From NCBI GenBank assembly GCA_963759135.1, contig CAVWXU010000027.1, positions 58,296 to 122,295 of the forward strand: DNA of 64,000 nucleotides, in the 5' to 3' direction. This document shows, in pieces, positions 38,241 to 47,125 of the stretch (positions within the stretch are counted from its first letter, which is position 1; every line of letters starts with the position of its first letter). Under the pieces are notes generated by a model that was not told where the DNA came from, did no database searches, and was given only the letters and a program-made list of their open reading frames with translations. A program made the translations under genes and the position numbers. The DNA is from an uncultured Chloroflexia bacterium (GTDB taxonomy: Bacteria; Chloroflexota; Limnocylindria; Limnocylindrales; CSP1-4).

Positions 38241-39479
38241 CTAGCCTGCCCGCCCTGTCGCGGACGGCCGCTTCCTCGACGCCGGCGCGGGCTTGCCCGG
38301 CGCCGTGGCCGCCGGCTCGGCCCCCGTGAGCGTCTCGTTGTCCTCCCCGCGGATGAAGGCCTCCACCCGCTCGCGCGCCACGTCGTCGTGCTGCTGGAGC
38401 GGCGGGCTCTTCATGAAGTACGAGGACGGGCCGACGAGCGTCCCGCACAGGCCGCGGTCGAGGCCGAGCTTCAGGCAGCGGATCGCGTCGGTGATGACGC
38501 CTGCGCTGTTGGGGCTGTCCCAGACCTCGAGCTTGATCTCGGCGCGCAGCGGCACGTCGCCGAAGGTCGTGCCCTCCATCTGGATGTAGCAGAACTTGCG
38601 GTCCTTCAACCAGGGCACGTGGTCCGACGGTCCGACGTGGATGTCGTCGGGGTCGAGCTCGTAGTCGAGCATGGACGTGACGGCGTTGGTCTTGGAGATC
38701 TTCTTGGACTCGAGCCGTTCGCGCTCGAGCATGTTGAGGAAGTCGGTGTTGCCCCCGAAGTTCAGCTGGTAGGTCCGATCCAGCCGGACCCCGCGGTCCA
38801 TGAAGAGGCGGGTCATGACGCGGTGGGTGATGGTGGCGCCCACCTGGCTCTTGATGTCGTCACCGATGATGGGCAGGCCGGCCTCGGCGAAGCGGCGCTG
38901 CCAGTAGGGCTCGCGGCCGATGAAGACCGGGATGGCGTTGATGAAGCCGACGCCCGCATTGAGGGCCTGCTCGACGTACCACTTGGTGGCGGCTTCGCTG
39001 CCCACCGGCAGGTAGCTGACCATCAGGTCGACCTCGCGCTCGCGCAGGATGCGGACGATGTCGGCGGTCGGGCCGGGCGCCTTCTCGATGATCTGGCTCA
39101 GGTACTTGCCCAGGCCGTCGTGCGTCATGCCCCGCTCGACGGTGACGCCCAGGTGCGGCACCTGCTGGAACACGTAGGTGTTGTTGGGCGCCTGGTAGAT
39201 CGCCTCGGAGAGGTCCTTGCCGACCTTGTTCTTGTCGATGTCGAACGCCGCGACGAACTCGATGTCGCGGATGTGATAGCCGCCCAGCTCGACGTGCATG
39301 ATGCCCGGGATGGTGTCGCCCAGCTTCGCGTTCTCGTAGTAGTAGCGGCCCTGCACCAGGCTGCTGGCGCAGTTGCCGACGCCGACGATCGCGACGCGGA
39401 TCTTGCCGTCCTTGCGACGCGCGCGCCCGCCGCCCTTGTCGCTCGAGGTTGCCGCGGCGATCTTCGTGATCTCGTCCAC
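38241..39479 (-). CDS. ino1: myo-Inositol-1-phosphate synthase (MIPS)
   Basis: [24 protein letters not shown]...[31 protein letters not shown]...[11 protein letters not shown]. Start assigned to GTG 39479 after AAAGGAG; an in-frame ATG also exists at 39521. Confidence 0.9.
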   Translation of the reverse strand: MDEITKIAAATSSDKGGGRARRKDGKIRVAIVGVGNCASSLVQGRYYYENAKLGDTIPGIMHVELGGYHIRDIEFVAAFDIDKNKVGKDLSEAIYQAPNNTYVFQQVPHLGVTVERGMTHDGLGKYLSQIIEKAPGPTADIVRILREREVDLMVSYLPVGSEAATKWYVEQALNAGVGFINAIPVFIGREPYWQRRFAEAGLPIIGDDIKSQVGATITHRVMTRLFMDRGVRLDRTYQLNFGGNTDFLNMLERERLESKKISKTNAVTSMLDYELDPDDIHVGPSDHVPWLKDRKFCYIQMEGTTFGDVPLRAEIKLEVWDSPNSAGVITDAIRCLKLGLDRGLCGTLVGPSSYFMKSPPLQQHDDVARERVEAFIRGEDNETLTGAEPAATAPGKPAPASRKRPSATGRAG

Positions 39480-39486
39480 CGTGCTG

Positions 39487-40188
39487 CTACTCCTTTGCTC
39501 GACGCGCCTGCGCGCGCACATGCCAGATCCGCTGGAGAACCGTGATGGTGCTGAGGATCAACAGGATCGCGAGGGTGCCGGCCAGCCACGGCTGGCCCCC
39601 CGACGTGAGGATGCGGGCACCGCCCGGCAGGTCGAGCCAGCCGCCCGGCATGACGACGGCCGGGGTGGCCACGCCACCGGCGAGCCCGGTGGCGACAAGC
39701 CCGACGGCCATGACGACGACCCGCTCGGCGCGAGGCGCGATCCCGACGTCGCCTCCGAAGGCGAGCCCCTCAGCGCGGGCTCGGGTGTAGCTGACAAGGA
39801 ACGCCGCCGCCATGGCCAGCGCGGCCAGGAGCGGCAGCACGCGGTCGGTCACGCCCGCGGTGCCCGCGACGATGCCCGCGTAGACCGCCGCCTCGCCCGC
39901 CCGATCGAGCGTGCTGTCGAGGAACGCGCCGAACCGCGAGACCCGTCCGGTCGCCCTCGCCAGCGCTCCGTCGAACATGTCGAACGCGGCAAACAGCAGG
40001 CCGACGATCCCGGCCGCGATCCACTGCCCGGTAGCGGCCAGCCCGGCGGCCACGCAGACGCCGGCGAACCCGACCGCGGTCAGCGCGTTGGGAGTCAGTC
40101 CGGCTCTCCCCATGGCCAGCGCGAGCGGCACGGCGAGCGCCCTGATCCGCGTCCGCGTCGTCGGCGGCACCAGCGAATGCTCGGTCAC
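39487..40188 (-). CDS. CDP-alcohol phosphatidyltransferase (phosphatidylinositol-phosphate synthase / PgsA1-like)
   Basis: Motif [30 protein letters not shown] (D-G-x2-A-R...G-x3-D-x3-D). GTG start overlaps the arsR stop (GTGA). Confidence 0.8.
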   Translation of the reverse strand: MTEHSLVPPTTRTRIRALAVPLALAMGRAGLTPNALTAVGFAGVCVAAGLAATGQWIAAGIVGLLFAAFDMFDGALARATGRVSRFGAFLDSTLDRAGEAAVYAGIVAGTAGVTDRVLPLLAALAMAAAFLVSYTRARAEGLAFGGDVGIAPRAERVVVMAVGLVATGLAGGVATPAVVMPGGWLDLPGGARILTSGGQPWLAGTLAILLILSTITVLQRIWHVRAQARRAKE

Positions 40189-40433
40189 GAGAGCGCCGCC
40201 TCGGGGCGCGGCGAGATCAGCTCGTCCTGGCGTCGCGCGCACCGCTCGAAGACGTCCTGCCGCAGCGAGCAGATGACCTCGCGGCCGACCCGGTGGGTCT
40301 CGACCAGGCCGGCTGCGCGGAGGGTGCGCAGGTGCCATGACACGAGCGGCTGCGACAGGTCCACCAGATCGACGAGGTCCGTGACCGTGGCCGGGTTCTG
40401 GGCGAGCCGCCTGACGATGCGGAGACGCGTCAC
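40185..40433 (-). CDS. ArsR/SmtB-family HTH transcriptional regulator
   Basis: RLRIVRRLAQNPATVTDLVDLVDLSQPLVSWHLRTLRAAGLV; 82 aa. Confidence 0.7.
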   Translation of the reverse strand: MTRLRIVRRLAQNPATVTDLVDLVDLSQPLVSWHLRTLRAAGLVETHRVGREVICSLRQDVFERCARRQDELISPRPEAALS

Positions 40434-40555
40434 GTCGCCGAGCGCCTTGTGGAACGAGCGGAGCTCGCGCAGGTCGTCGGGTGCGGCGGCGATGGTCGCG
40501 ATCGTCGAACGGATGCGTGCCGGCGAAGCCAGGGCGGGCCCCCTCGCGTGAGTCA

Positions 40556-40571
40556 GACTTTATATAAAGTC
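40556..40571. promoter_or_regulatory. Perfect 16-bp AT-rich palindrome GACTTTATATAAAGTC, about 125 bp upstream of arsR; candidate operator and promoter
   Basis: Read directly. It is the only AT-rich block in a GC-rich intergenic region, followed by gatact. Confidence 0.45.
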
Positions 40572-40616
40572 CCGCTGATACTAGCACTGCGCGTCAAGCG
40601 CGCGCTGGGCTGGCTG

Positions 40617-40660
40617 TCGCCCTCTGGGCTGCGAGCGCCTTCTGGGCTGCGAGCGCCCTG
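40617..40660. repeat. 19-bp tandem repeat tctgggctgcgagcgcc(t/c) x2 in the arsR upstream region
   Basis: Read directly. Confidence 0.5.
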
Positions 40661-40710
40661 GAGGCTGCGCGGGCAGAGGCGAGCCGTTGGCAACCGCGGC
40701 GTCCCGACGG

Positions 40711-41340
40711 TCAGACGCCGACCGGTTCGCGCACGAGCACGACCGTAGTCCGGCCGGCCCGCCACTCGCCGTAGATCACGAGCACCTTCTCGAGCGCGGT
40801 GTCCACGCCCAGCCTCGCCCGGACCTGGGTGTTCTCCCAGGGGAACACGACGTCGCGGATCCGCCGCAGGGCCGCATCGAGATCCGGCACGACCTTCTGG
40901 CTACCGACGACGAGGATGAGGCGTCCGGCGCCAGCCGCATACGCGCCCAGCTGGCTGCCAGTGGCCGAGGCGGCCACGAGCGCGCCGTCCTCGGTCACCG
41001 CGGCGACGCTGCCGAGCATGACGTCGGGTGCGGCCGTGAGCTTGCGGATCTCACGGGCCTGCGTGGCACGGTCCATGGCGAAGATGCGGGGCCGGATCGC
41101 CTCGTACCGCCCCGAGTCGACGAGCTCGCTGGCGACGCCGATGTCCTCGAGCGTCTTCGACTTGCCGGAGTACACCTCCGCGCCGGCCGGGATCAGGCCG
41201 AGTACCGCGTCGCGCGCCTCGTCGCCGCTGCCGACGATGATCACCTCGATGTTGTGGGAGCGGAGGGCGGCGGTCACCGCCTCGAGGGGATCGGGGACTC
41301 CGTCGGGGTCCGGCGCAGTGGCGCGGTCGGGCGTCGTCAC
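40711..41340 (-). CDS. LUD-domain (LutC/YkgG-like) protein
   Basis: Size and motifs (IEVIIVGSGDEARDAVLGLIPAGAEVYSGKSKTLEDIG...LGSVAAVTEDGALVAASATGSQLG) consistent with the LUD domain. Confidence 0.5.
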   Translation of the reverse strand: MTTPDRATAPDPDGVPDPLEAVTAALRSHNIEVIIVGSGDEARDAVLGLIPAGAEVYSGKSKTLEDIGVASELVDSGRYEAIRPRIFAMDRATQAREIRKLTAAPDVMLGSVAAVTEDGALVAASATGSQLGAYAAGAGRLILVVGSQKVVPDLDAALRRIRDVVFPWENTQVRARLGVDTALEKVLVIYGEWRAGRTTVVLVREPVGV

Positions 41341-41774
41341 AGTGGGAGGAGCACGGCCACCGCGCCGGCGACGACGCCGACGGCGAGGCTTGCCAGGCCG
41401 ATCCGCGTGGCTTCCGCGCGGTCGCGCGCCCGGGCATCATCGTCCTCCACCGGTCTGGCCTGACCGAGGGGTCCGAAGTTGAAGACGCCGCGTGCCCCGA
41501 AGCCGGCGCAGAACCGGAGCCGGGCCTGCAGGTAGCCCGACGCCGCGACGGCCGCCGGGAGGGCAACGAGGCATCGCGCGAGCCGCGGCGAGCCCGCCGC
41601 GACCATGCCGCCGAGCAGGACGACCGTCAGCCCCAGCCCGGCGTGGCCCGCCCGACGACGCCGTGCGATCTCGGCGGGGCCGATGTTGCACACGCCTGGC
41701 CGGTACTCGGCGTCCGCGAGACCGCCGGGATGTGTCGACGACGTGGGAGCTGCGGTGAGCGATGGCTGGGTCAC
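41337..41774 (-). CDS. Hypothetical small membrane protein
   Basis: Two predicted TM helices; coupled to the LUD gene; no family recognised. Confidence 0.3.
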   Translation of the reverse strand: MTQPSLTAAPTSSTHPGGLADAEYRPGVCNIGPAEIARRRRAGHAGLGLTVVLLGGMVAAGSPRLARCLVALPAAVAASGYLQARLRFCAGFGARGVFNFGPLGQARPVEDDDARARDRAEATRIGLASLAVGVVAGAVAVLLPL

Positions 41775-41831
41775 GGTGCGTTCCTTGCGTCTCGGCCGCG
41801 TCGACGACCGGGTCCCGCGGCGGCCCTCAGC

Positions 41832-42752
41832 CTACCCCACGATCTGTCGCAGCGCGAAGAGCACGTTGGCGGGCCGCTCCGCGAGGCGGCGCATGTACCA
41901 CGGGTACCACGCCGAACCGTAGGCGATGAGGTCACGCACCGCGTAGCCCTCGGATGCGAGCCGGCGCTGCTGGTCGAGCCGGATCCCGTAGAGCATCTGG
42001 ACCTCGAAGGCCGTCCGCGGCAGCCCGAGAGCGGCGGCGTGTACGGCGATCTGCTCGATCAGCGCGACATCGTGCGTGCCGACCCCGATCCGAACGGCGC
42101 GACCGGCGGCCCGGGCCTCCAGCATGGCGACTGCCAGCGCCGCGAAATTGGCGTCCACTTCGCGGCGGGTCCTGTACGCGAGGGTCACCGGCTCGTCGTA
42201 CGCGCCCTTGACGAGCCGGATGGCGGGCTCGAGTGGGAGCAGGCGCTGAATGTCGGCCGCAGTGCGGCGCAGGTAGGCCTGCAGGCAGATCCCGGTGTTC
42301 GCGTGCCCTGCCTTGAGGCGCTCGTACAGCGCAACCGTGCGCTCGGTATAGGCGCTGCCCTCCATGTCGATCCAGACGACCCCGCCGTCGACGGCCGCGC
42401 GATCGGCCAGCCGCCCCATGTGCTCGAGCGTCCGGCCCGCGTCGATGTCGAACCCGAGCTGGGTCAGCTTCACCGAGAGTTCGCCCGGTATCCCTCGCAC
42501 GGCGATCTGGTCCAGCATGCCCAGGTAGTGCTGCGCCGTTGCCTCACCCTCCTCGGTCCGCACCACGTTCTCGCCGAGGCGCGTGAAGAGGCTGCCGATG
42601 CGCTGCTCCCGGAAGGCCTCCGCCTGGGTCAGCGCCGCCTCGGGCTCCTCGCCGGGCATGAACCGGCGGACCGCGCGCCGCGCAAACGACAGCCGGGGGA
42701 TTCGCTCACGGAGCCAGGGGCTGCGGGCCATCCAGAGCAGCAGGGTGCGCAT
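41832..42752 (-). CDS. Proline dehydrogenase-family flavoenzyme (PRODH)
   Basis: TIM-barrel PRODH motifs (VWIDMEGSAYTERTVALYERL...ICLQAYLRRTAADIQRL...IRLVKGAY). ATG at 42752. Confidence 0.75.
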   Translation of the reverse strand: MRTLLLWMARSPWLRERIPRLSFARRAVRRFMPGEEPEAALTQAEAFREQRIGSLFTRLGENVVRTEEGEATAQHYLGMLDQIAVRGIPGELSVKLTQLGFDIDAGRTLEHMGRLADRAAVDGGVVWIDMEGSAYTERTVALYERLKAGHANTGICLQAYLRRTAADIQRLLPLEPAIRLVKGAYDEPVTLAYRTRREVDANFAALAVAMLEARAAGRAVRIGVGTHDVALIEQIAVHAAALGLPRTAFEVQMLYGIRLDQQRRLASEGYAVRDLIAYGSAWYPWYMRRLAERPANVLFALRQIVG

Positions 42753-42858
42753 GCTTCCTCCAGGGTCGATCGCGGGCCTGAGTCTACGGTACGCCGGTCG
42801 CCGATTGCCCCCAGAATGGAGCCATGAAGCTGCGGAGACACGCGATCGCGAGGCGGTT

Positions 42859-43782
42859 GTGAGCGACACCGCGCACCGCGGCGCGCGCCTGCGTGGCACC
42901 TGGTACATCCTGGCAACGCCGTTCGCGGAAGACGGCTCGCTGGACACGCCGAGCCTGGAGCGTCTCGTCGAGGCGAGCATCGCGTGGGGCGTGGACGGCT
43001 TCACGGTGCTGGGCGTGATGGGAGAGCCCGGCTCTCTGACCGCGGACGAACGAACGCTTGTCTTGCGGACGGTGGTCGACGCTGCGCGGGGCCGCGTCTC
43101 CGTCGCCGTCGGATGCTCGGGAGCGAGCCTCTCGATCGTGGGCGCGCTCATTGGACAGGCGCGCGAGCTCGGGGCCGCGGCCGCGATGGTGGCGGCGCCG
43201 CCGCTGCTGCGCAACGTCGATCTGCTGCCCGCCTTCTACGCGGAGGCGGCGACGGCCGGCCTGCCGTTGATCATCCAGGACGAACCGGCCGCGACCGGTG
43301 TGCTGATCCCGGTGTCGACACTGGTCGCCTGCGTCGATGCGAGCGGCGCCCGCGCCCTCAAGCTCGAGGATCCTCCGACGCCACCCAAGATCAGCCGGCT
43401 GCTGGCCGCCCGCCCCGACCTTTCGGTGTTCGGCGGGCTGGGCGGCGTGGCCGCCCTGCAGGAGTTGCAGCGCGGCGCGTGCGGGACGATGACGGGCTTC
43501 GCGTACCCGGAGATCCTGCGCCGGGTCCGACTCGCCCTCGAGGCGGGCGATCTCGCGGCGGCCGCGCGGTGCTTCGACCGGTACCTGCCGCTCATCCAGT
43601 TCGAATCACAGCCCGTGATCGGTCTCGCCATCCGCAAGGAGGTCCTGCGGCGCCGGGGCGTGCTGGCGTCGAGCCGCACGCGGGGCCTGACGCCGGCGAT
43701 CGACGCCGTCACGGCCGCCGAGCTGGACGACGTCCTGGAGCGAGCCGGCATCCGGCCCGACCCGGCGCCGTTCGACCCATGA
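42859..43782 (+). CDS. DapA/NAL-family lyase (dihydrodipicolinate synthase-like; candidate pyrroline-hydroxy-carboxylate deaminase of hydroxyproline catabolism)
   Basis: DapA-family fold (GTWYILATPFAEDGSLDTPSLERLVEASIAWGVDGFTVLGVMGE). Co-located with PRODH and a proline-racemase-family gene. Confidence 0.7.
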   Translation: MSDTAHRGARLRGTWYILATPFAEDGSLDTPSLERLVEASIAWGVDGFTVLGVMGEPGSLTADERTLVLRTVVDAARGRVSVAVGCSGASLSIVGALIGQARELGAAAAMVAAPPLLRNVDLLPAFYAEAATAGLPLIIQDEPAATGVLIPVSTLVACVDASGARALKLEDPPTPPKISRLLAARPDLSVFGGLGGVAALQELQRGACGTMTGFAYPEILRRVRLALEAGDLAAAARCFDRYLPLIQFESQPVIGLAIRKEVLRRRGVLASSRTRGLTPAIDAVTAAELDDVLERAGIRPDPAPFDP

Positions 43783-44891
43783 ACCCGGAAGTGAGAGCCG
43801 CCAGTTCACTCGTCGCGGTCGACGCCCATGCCGCAGGCGAACCGGGTCGCGTCATCATCGGCGGCGTCCTCGACGTCCCCGGGTCGAGCATGTTCGAGAA
43901 GATGGCCTACTTCGCGGAGCACCACGACGACATCAGGCTTCGCATGCTGCGCGAGCCGCGCGGGTACCCCGCGATGTGCTGCAACGTGATCCTGCCACCC
44001 ACCGACCCGCGGGCCGCCGCCGGCTTCATCATCATGGAGCAGAGCGAGTACCCGCCGATGTCGGGCAGCAACACGATCTGCGTGGCCACCGTCCTCATCG
44101 AGACCGGCATGGTGGCCGTGCACGAGCCCCTCACCGAGTTCGTGCTCGAGACGCCGGCGGGGCTGGTCGCGATCCGGGCCGAGGTCGAAGGCGGCAAGGC
44201 CAAGCTGATCACGTTCGAGAACGTTCCGGCGCTCGCGCTCGCGCTCGACGTCCCCGTGGAGGTCCCCCGGCTCGGCACTCTGACGGTGGACATCGCCTAC
44301 GGCGGCATGACCTACGTGATGGCGGACGCCACCGCACTCGGGATGGACCTGTCCCCGGACGAGGCCCGCGACATCGTCCGGGTCGGCGAGATGATCAGGC
44401 AGGCCACGCGCGACCAGCACCCGATGGCGCATCCCGAGAATCCGGCGATCGTCGGCCCCACGATCTCGATGCTGTCCCGACCTCCGGCCGGCCCTCACGC
44501 CGACCTGAAGAGCGCGGTCGTCGTCTCCGCGGGCAGCTTCGACTGGGACCGGCCCGACACCTGGGCCGGCTCGATCGACCGTTCACCGTGCGGGACGGGG
44601 ACGTGCGCCAAGATGGCGGCGCTGCACGCGCGGGGTCGGCTGGGTCTCGGCGAGGACTTCCGGCACGAAGGCATCCTCGGGACGGTGTTCGTGGGACGCC
44701 TGCTGCGCGATGCGACCGTCGGAGGCAGGCCGGCGGTGGTCCCTTCGATCAGCGGCACGGCCTGGATCACCGGTTTCGCGCGCTACGTCCTCGATCCGGA
44801 CGATCCGTTCCCGGCCGGGTACACCGTCGGCGACCTGTGGGGCGAGGGGAGCGGCTCCGCCGGGCAGGTCGCGCCCGGGGCGCCGGCGTGA
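43779..44891 (+). CDS. Proline racemase / hydroxyproline epimerase / hydroxyproline dehydratase family enzyme with a Ser/Cys active-site pair
   Basis: Family motifs PMSGSNTICVATVL (Ser at the first catalytic position) and DRSPCGTGTCAKMAAL (Cys retained). Start overlaps the stop of the upstream gene (ATGA). Confidence 0.8.
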   Translation: MNPEVRAASSLVAVDAHAAGEPGRVIIGGVLDVPGSSMFEKMAYFAEHHDDIRLRMLREPRGYPAMCCNVILPPTDPRAAAGFIIMEQSEYPPMSGSNTICVATVLIETGMVAVHEPLTEFVLETPAGLVAIRAEVEGGKAKLITFENVPALALALDVPVEVPRLGTLTVDIAYGGMTYVMADATALGMDLSPDEARDIVRVGEMIRQATRDQHPMAHPENPAIVGPTISMLSRPPAGPHADLKSAVVVSAGSFDWDRPDTWAGSIDRSPCGTGTCAKMAALHARGRLGLGEDFRHEGILGTVFVGRLLRDATVGGRPAVVPSISGTAWITGFARYVLDPDDPFPAGYTVGDLWGEGSGSAGQVAPGAPA

Positions 44892-44937
44892 CCCCCGGTC
44901 GCCGGACGCCGGCGACGCCCGCGCCACGAGTGCCGGC

Positions 44938-45867
44938 ATGACGCGGCGCGCGTTCGTGCTGTTCGCCCTGATGTCGCTGATCTGGGGCATCCCCTACCTG
45001 TTCATCCGGGTCGCGGTCGCCGAGGTCTCGCCGGCGACGCTGGTCTTCGCTCGCACCTCGCTCGCGGCCCTGATCCTGCTCCCGATCGCACTCTTCCGCG
45101 CCGACCTTCGGCCGGTGCTGCGGCGATGGCGCTGGGTCGTCGCCTTCGCCGCGGTCGAGATCGGCCTGCCCTGGGTGCTGCTCGCGTCCGCCGAGCAGCG
45201 CGTGGCGAGCTCGCTGGCCGGTCTCCTGGTGGCCGGCGTGCCGCTCGTCGGAACCGTCATCGCTGTGACCACCCGCGGTCGGGATCGCGTCGGGCGCACC
45301 GGTCTGCTGGGTCTGCTGGTCGGGGTGGTCGGCGTCGCCGCGATCGTCGACGTCAGCGTCGATGCGTCGAACGCGACCGCGCTGCTCGAGATGGCGGTGG
45401 TGGTCGTCTGCTACGCGGTCGGGCCGGCCATCCTGTCTCGCCGGCTGGGTGGCCTGTCGTCGGCGGGGGTCATGGCGCTGTCGCTGTCGATCTGCGCAGT
45501 CGTGTACGCGCCGATCGCGGTCGTTCAGCGTCCGGCGGTCATGCCTGGCGCCGGCGCGCTGGAAGCGATCGCGATCCTGGCGGTGGTGTGCACGGCGTTG
45601 GCGTTCCTGCTGTTCGCGGCGCTCATCGAGGAGATCGGCCCGGTCCGGGCAACCGTGATCACGTACGTCAACCCGGCAGTGGCCGGGCTGCTGGGCGTGG
45701 TGCTGCTCAGGGAACGGTTCACTGTCGTGATGGGCGCGGGGTTCGGGCTCGTGATCCTCGGTTCGGTGCTTGCGACGCGACCGTCGCCCGCGACGGGCGA
45801 GGCTGCTCGGACCGGTGTCGGAGACGGCCAGCCCGCCGAACCGGGGATGGATACGTCGGCGGCGTAG
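44938..45867 (+). CDS. EamA/DMT-family transporter (10 TM)
   Basis: Two EamA repeats; N-terminal MTRRAFVLFALMSLIWGIPYLFIRVA. Confidence 0.75.
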   Translation: MTRRAFVLFALMSLIWGIPYLFIRVAVAEVSPATLVFARTSLAALILLPIALFRADLRPVLRRWRWVVAFAAVEIGLPWVLLASAEQRVASSLAGLLVAGVPLVGTVIAVTTRGRDRVGRTGLLGLLVGVVGVAAIVDVSVDASNATALLEMAVVVVCYAVGPAILSRRLGGLSSAGVMALSLSICAVVYAPIAVVQRPAVMPGAGALEAIAILAVVCTALAFLLFAALIEEIGPVRATVITYVNPAVAGLLGVVLLRERFTVVMGAGFGLVILGSVLATRPSPATGEAARTGVGDGQPAEPGMDTSAA

Positions 45868-46058
45868 CCGGCTGGATTGGACCTGGTCGGCGGCCCACGG
45901 GCAAGAGTCGGAGACGCGAGCGGCGGGGAGAGCCTGTTCGCGACCGGACGGCCGGCCTCGCAACCGGCTCGGCAGTTCCCGCGCGGGCGAGCCGAGCCGG
46001 GGCACCGCGCCACTCGTACCATCTGCTGAACCGCGCCGGATGCAGGAGGTTCTGTCGC

Positions 46059-47117
46059 ATGGGTGACGAAGGGTTCGCCGGGGATGTGTACGACGCGATT
46101 CCGAAGGTCGAGCTGCACTGCCACGTCGAGGGTTGCGTGCGCCCGCAGACGGTGCTGGAGCTGGCTCGCAAGGCCGGCCGCGCCCTCTCCGTCGAGGATC
46201 CGAGCGAGCTGTACCGCTACACCTCGCTCGACTCGTTCCTCGCGATCTTCTGGCTGGTGCAGGAAACGCTCGTCGAACCCGCCGACTGGGAGCGGATCGC
46301 GTACGAGTCACTCGTGGACGCCGCGCCTCACGGGCTTCGGTACCGCGAGATGTTCTTCACGCCCGCGCGCCACCTCGCATCCGGCCAGACCCTCGCGGGC
46401 ATCGTGGACGGCCTCACGGGCGGGATCGAGGCGGCCGAGGCGGAGACCGGCGTGCGATGCATGCTCATCGCCGACATGGATCGCGCCTACGGCCCCGCTG
46501 CGGGACGCGAGCTGGTCGAGCAGCTGAGCGAGCTTGCGCACGCGAACCGCGCAGACCGCGTCATCGGCGTGGGCATGGACTCGACGGAGCTCGGGGTGGA
46601 TCTCGCGTCGTTCGCGGACCCATTCGCGCTCGCTCGCCGAAACGGGTTCCGCCTGACCGGGCATGCAGGCGAGGCGGTGGGCGTCGGCTCCCGGAACATC
46701 GTGGTCGGCCTCGACGTGCTCAAGCTGGAGCGGATCGACCACGGGATCGCCGTTGCCGACGATCCGGACCTCACCCGGCGCATGGCGGGCGACCGCGTCC
46801 CGCTGACGGTGTGCCCCAACAGCAATGTGGTGATCGCGAACCGCTATCCGAGCCTGCGCGACCACCCCTTCCGCGCCATGCGGGAGGCTGGACTCCTCGC
46901 CACGCTCAACACCGACGACCCCGGCATGACGGACCTGGACCTCGGGAAGGAGTACCGCACCGTCGCCGACGCGCTGGGCTTCGATTTCGACGGCCTGGCC
47001 GCGGTCGCCACCGACGGCATCGAGGCGAGCTGGCTCGACGAGGCCGACCGGCGCGCGCTCCGGCACGAGTTCTCGGCAGCGCTGGAGCACCTTCGACCCC
47101 GGGCCGCAACGGCCTGA
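46059..47117 (+). CDS. add: Adenosine/adenine deaminase family protein
   Basis: Metal-binding HCHVEGC near the N-terminus; SLNTDDP and HG(I/A) motifs. Confidence 0.8.
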   Translation: MGDEGFAGDVYDAIPKVELHCHVEGCVRPQTVLELARKAGRALSVEDPSELYRYTSLDSFLAIFWLVQETLVEPADWERIAYESLVDAAPHGLRYREMFFTPARHLASGQTLAGIVDGLTGGIEAAEAETGVRCMLIADMDRAYGPAAGRELVEQLSELAHANRADRVIGVGMDSTELGVDLASFADPFALARRNGFRLTGHAGEAVGVGSRNIVVGLDVLKLERIDHGIAVADDPDLTRRMAGDRVPLTVCPNSNVVIANRYPSLRDHPFRAMREAGLLATLNTDDPGMTDLDLGKEYRTVADALGFDFDGLAAVATDGIEASWLDEADRRALRHEFSAALEHLRPRAATA

Positions 47118-47125
47118 CCCCGGCC

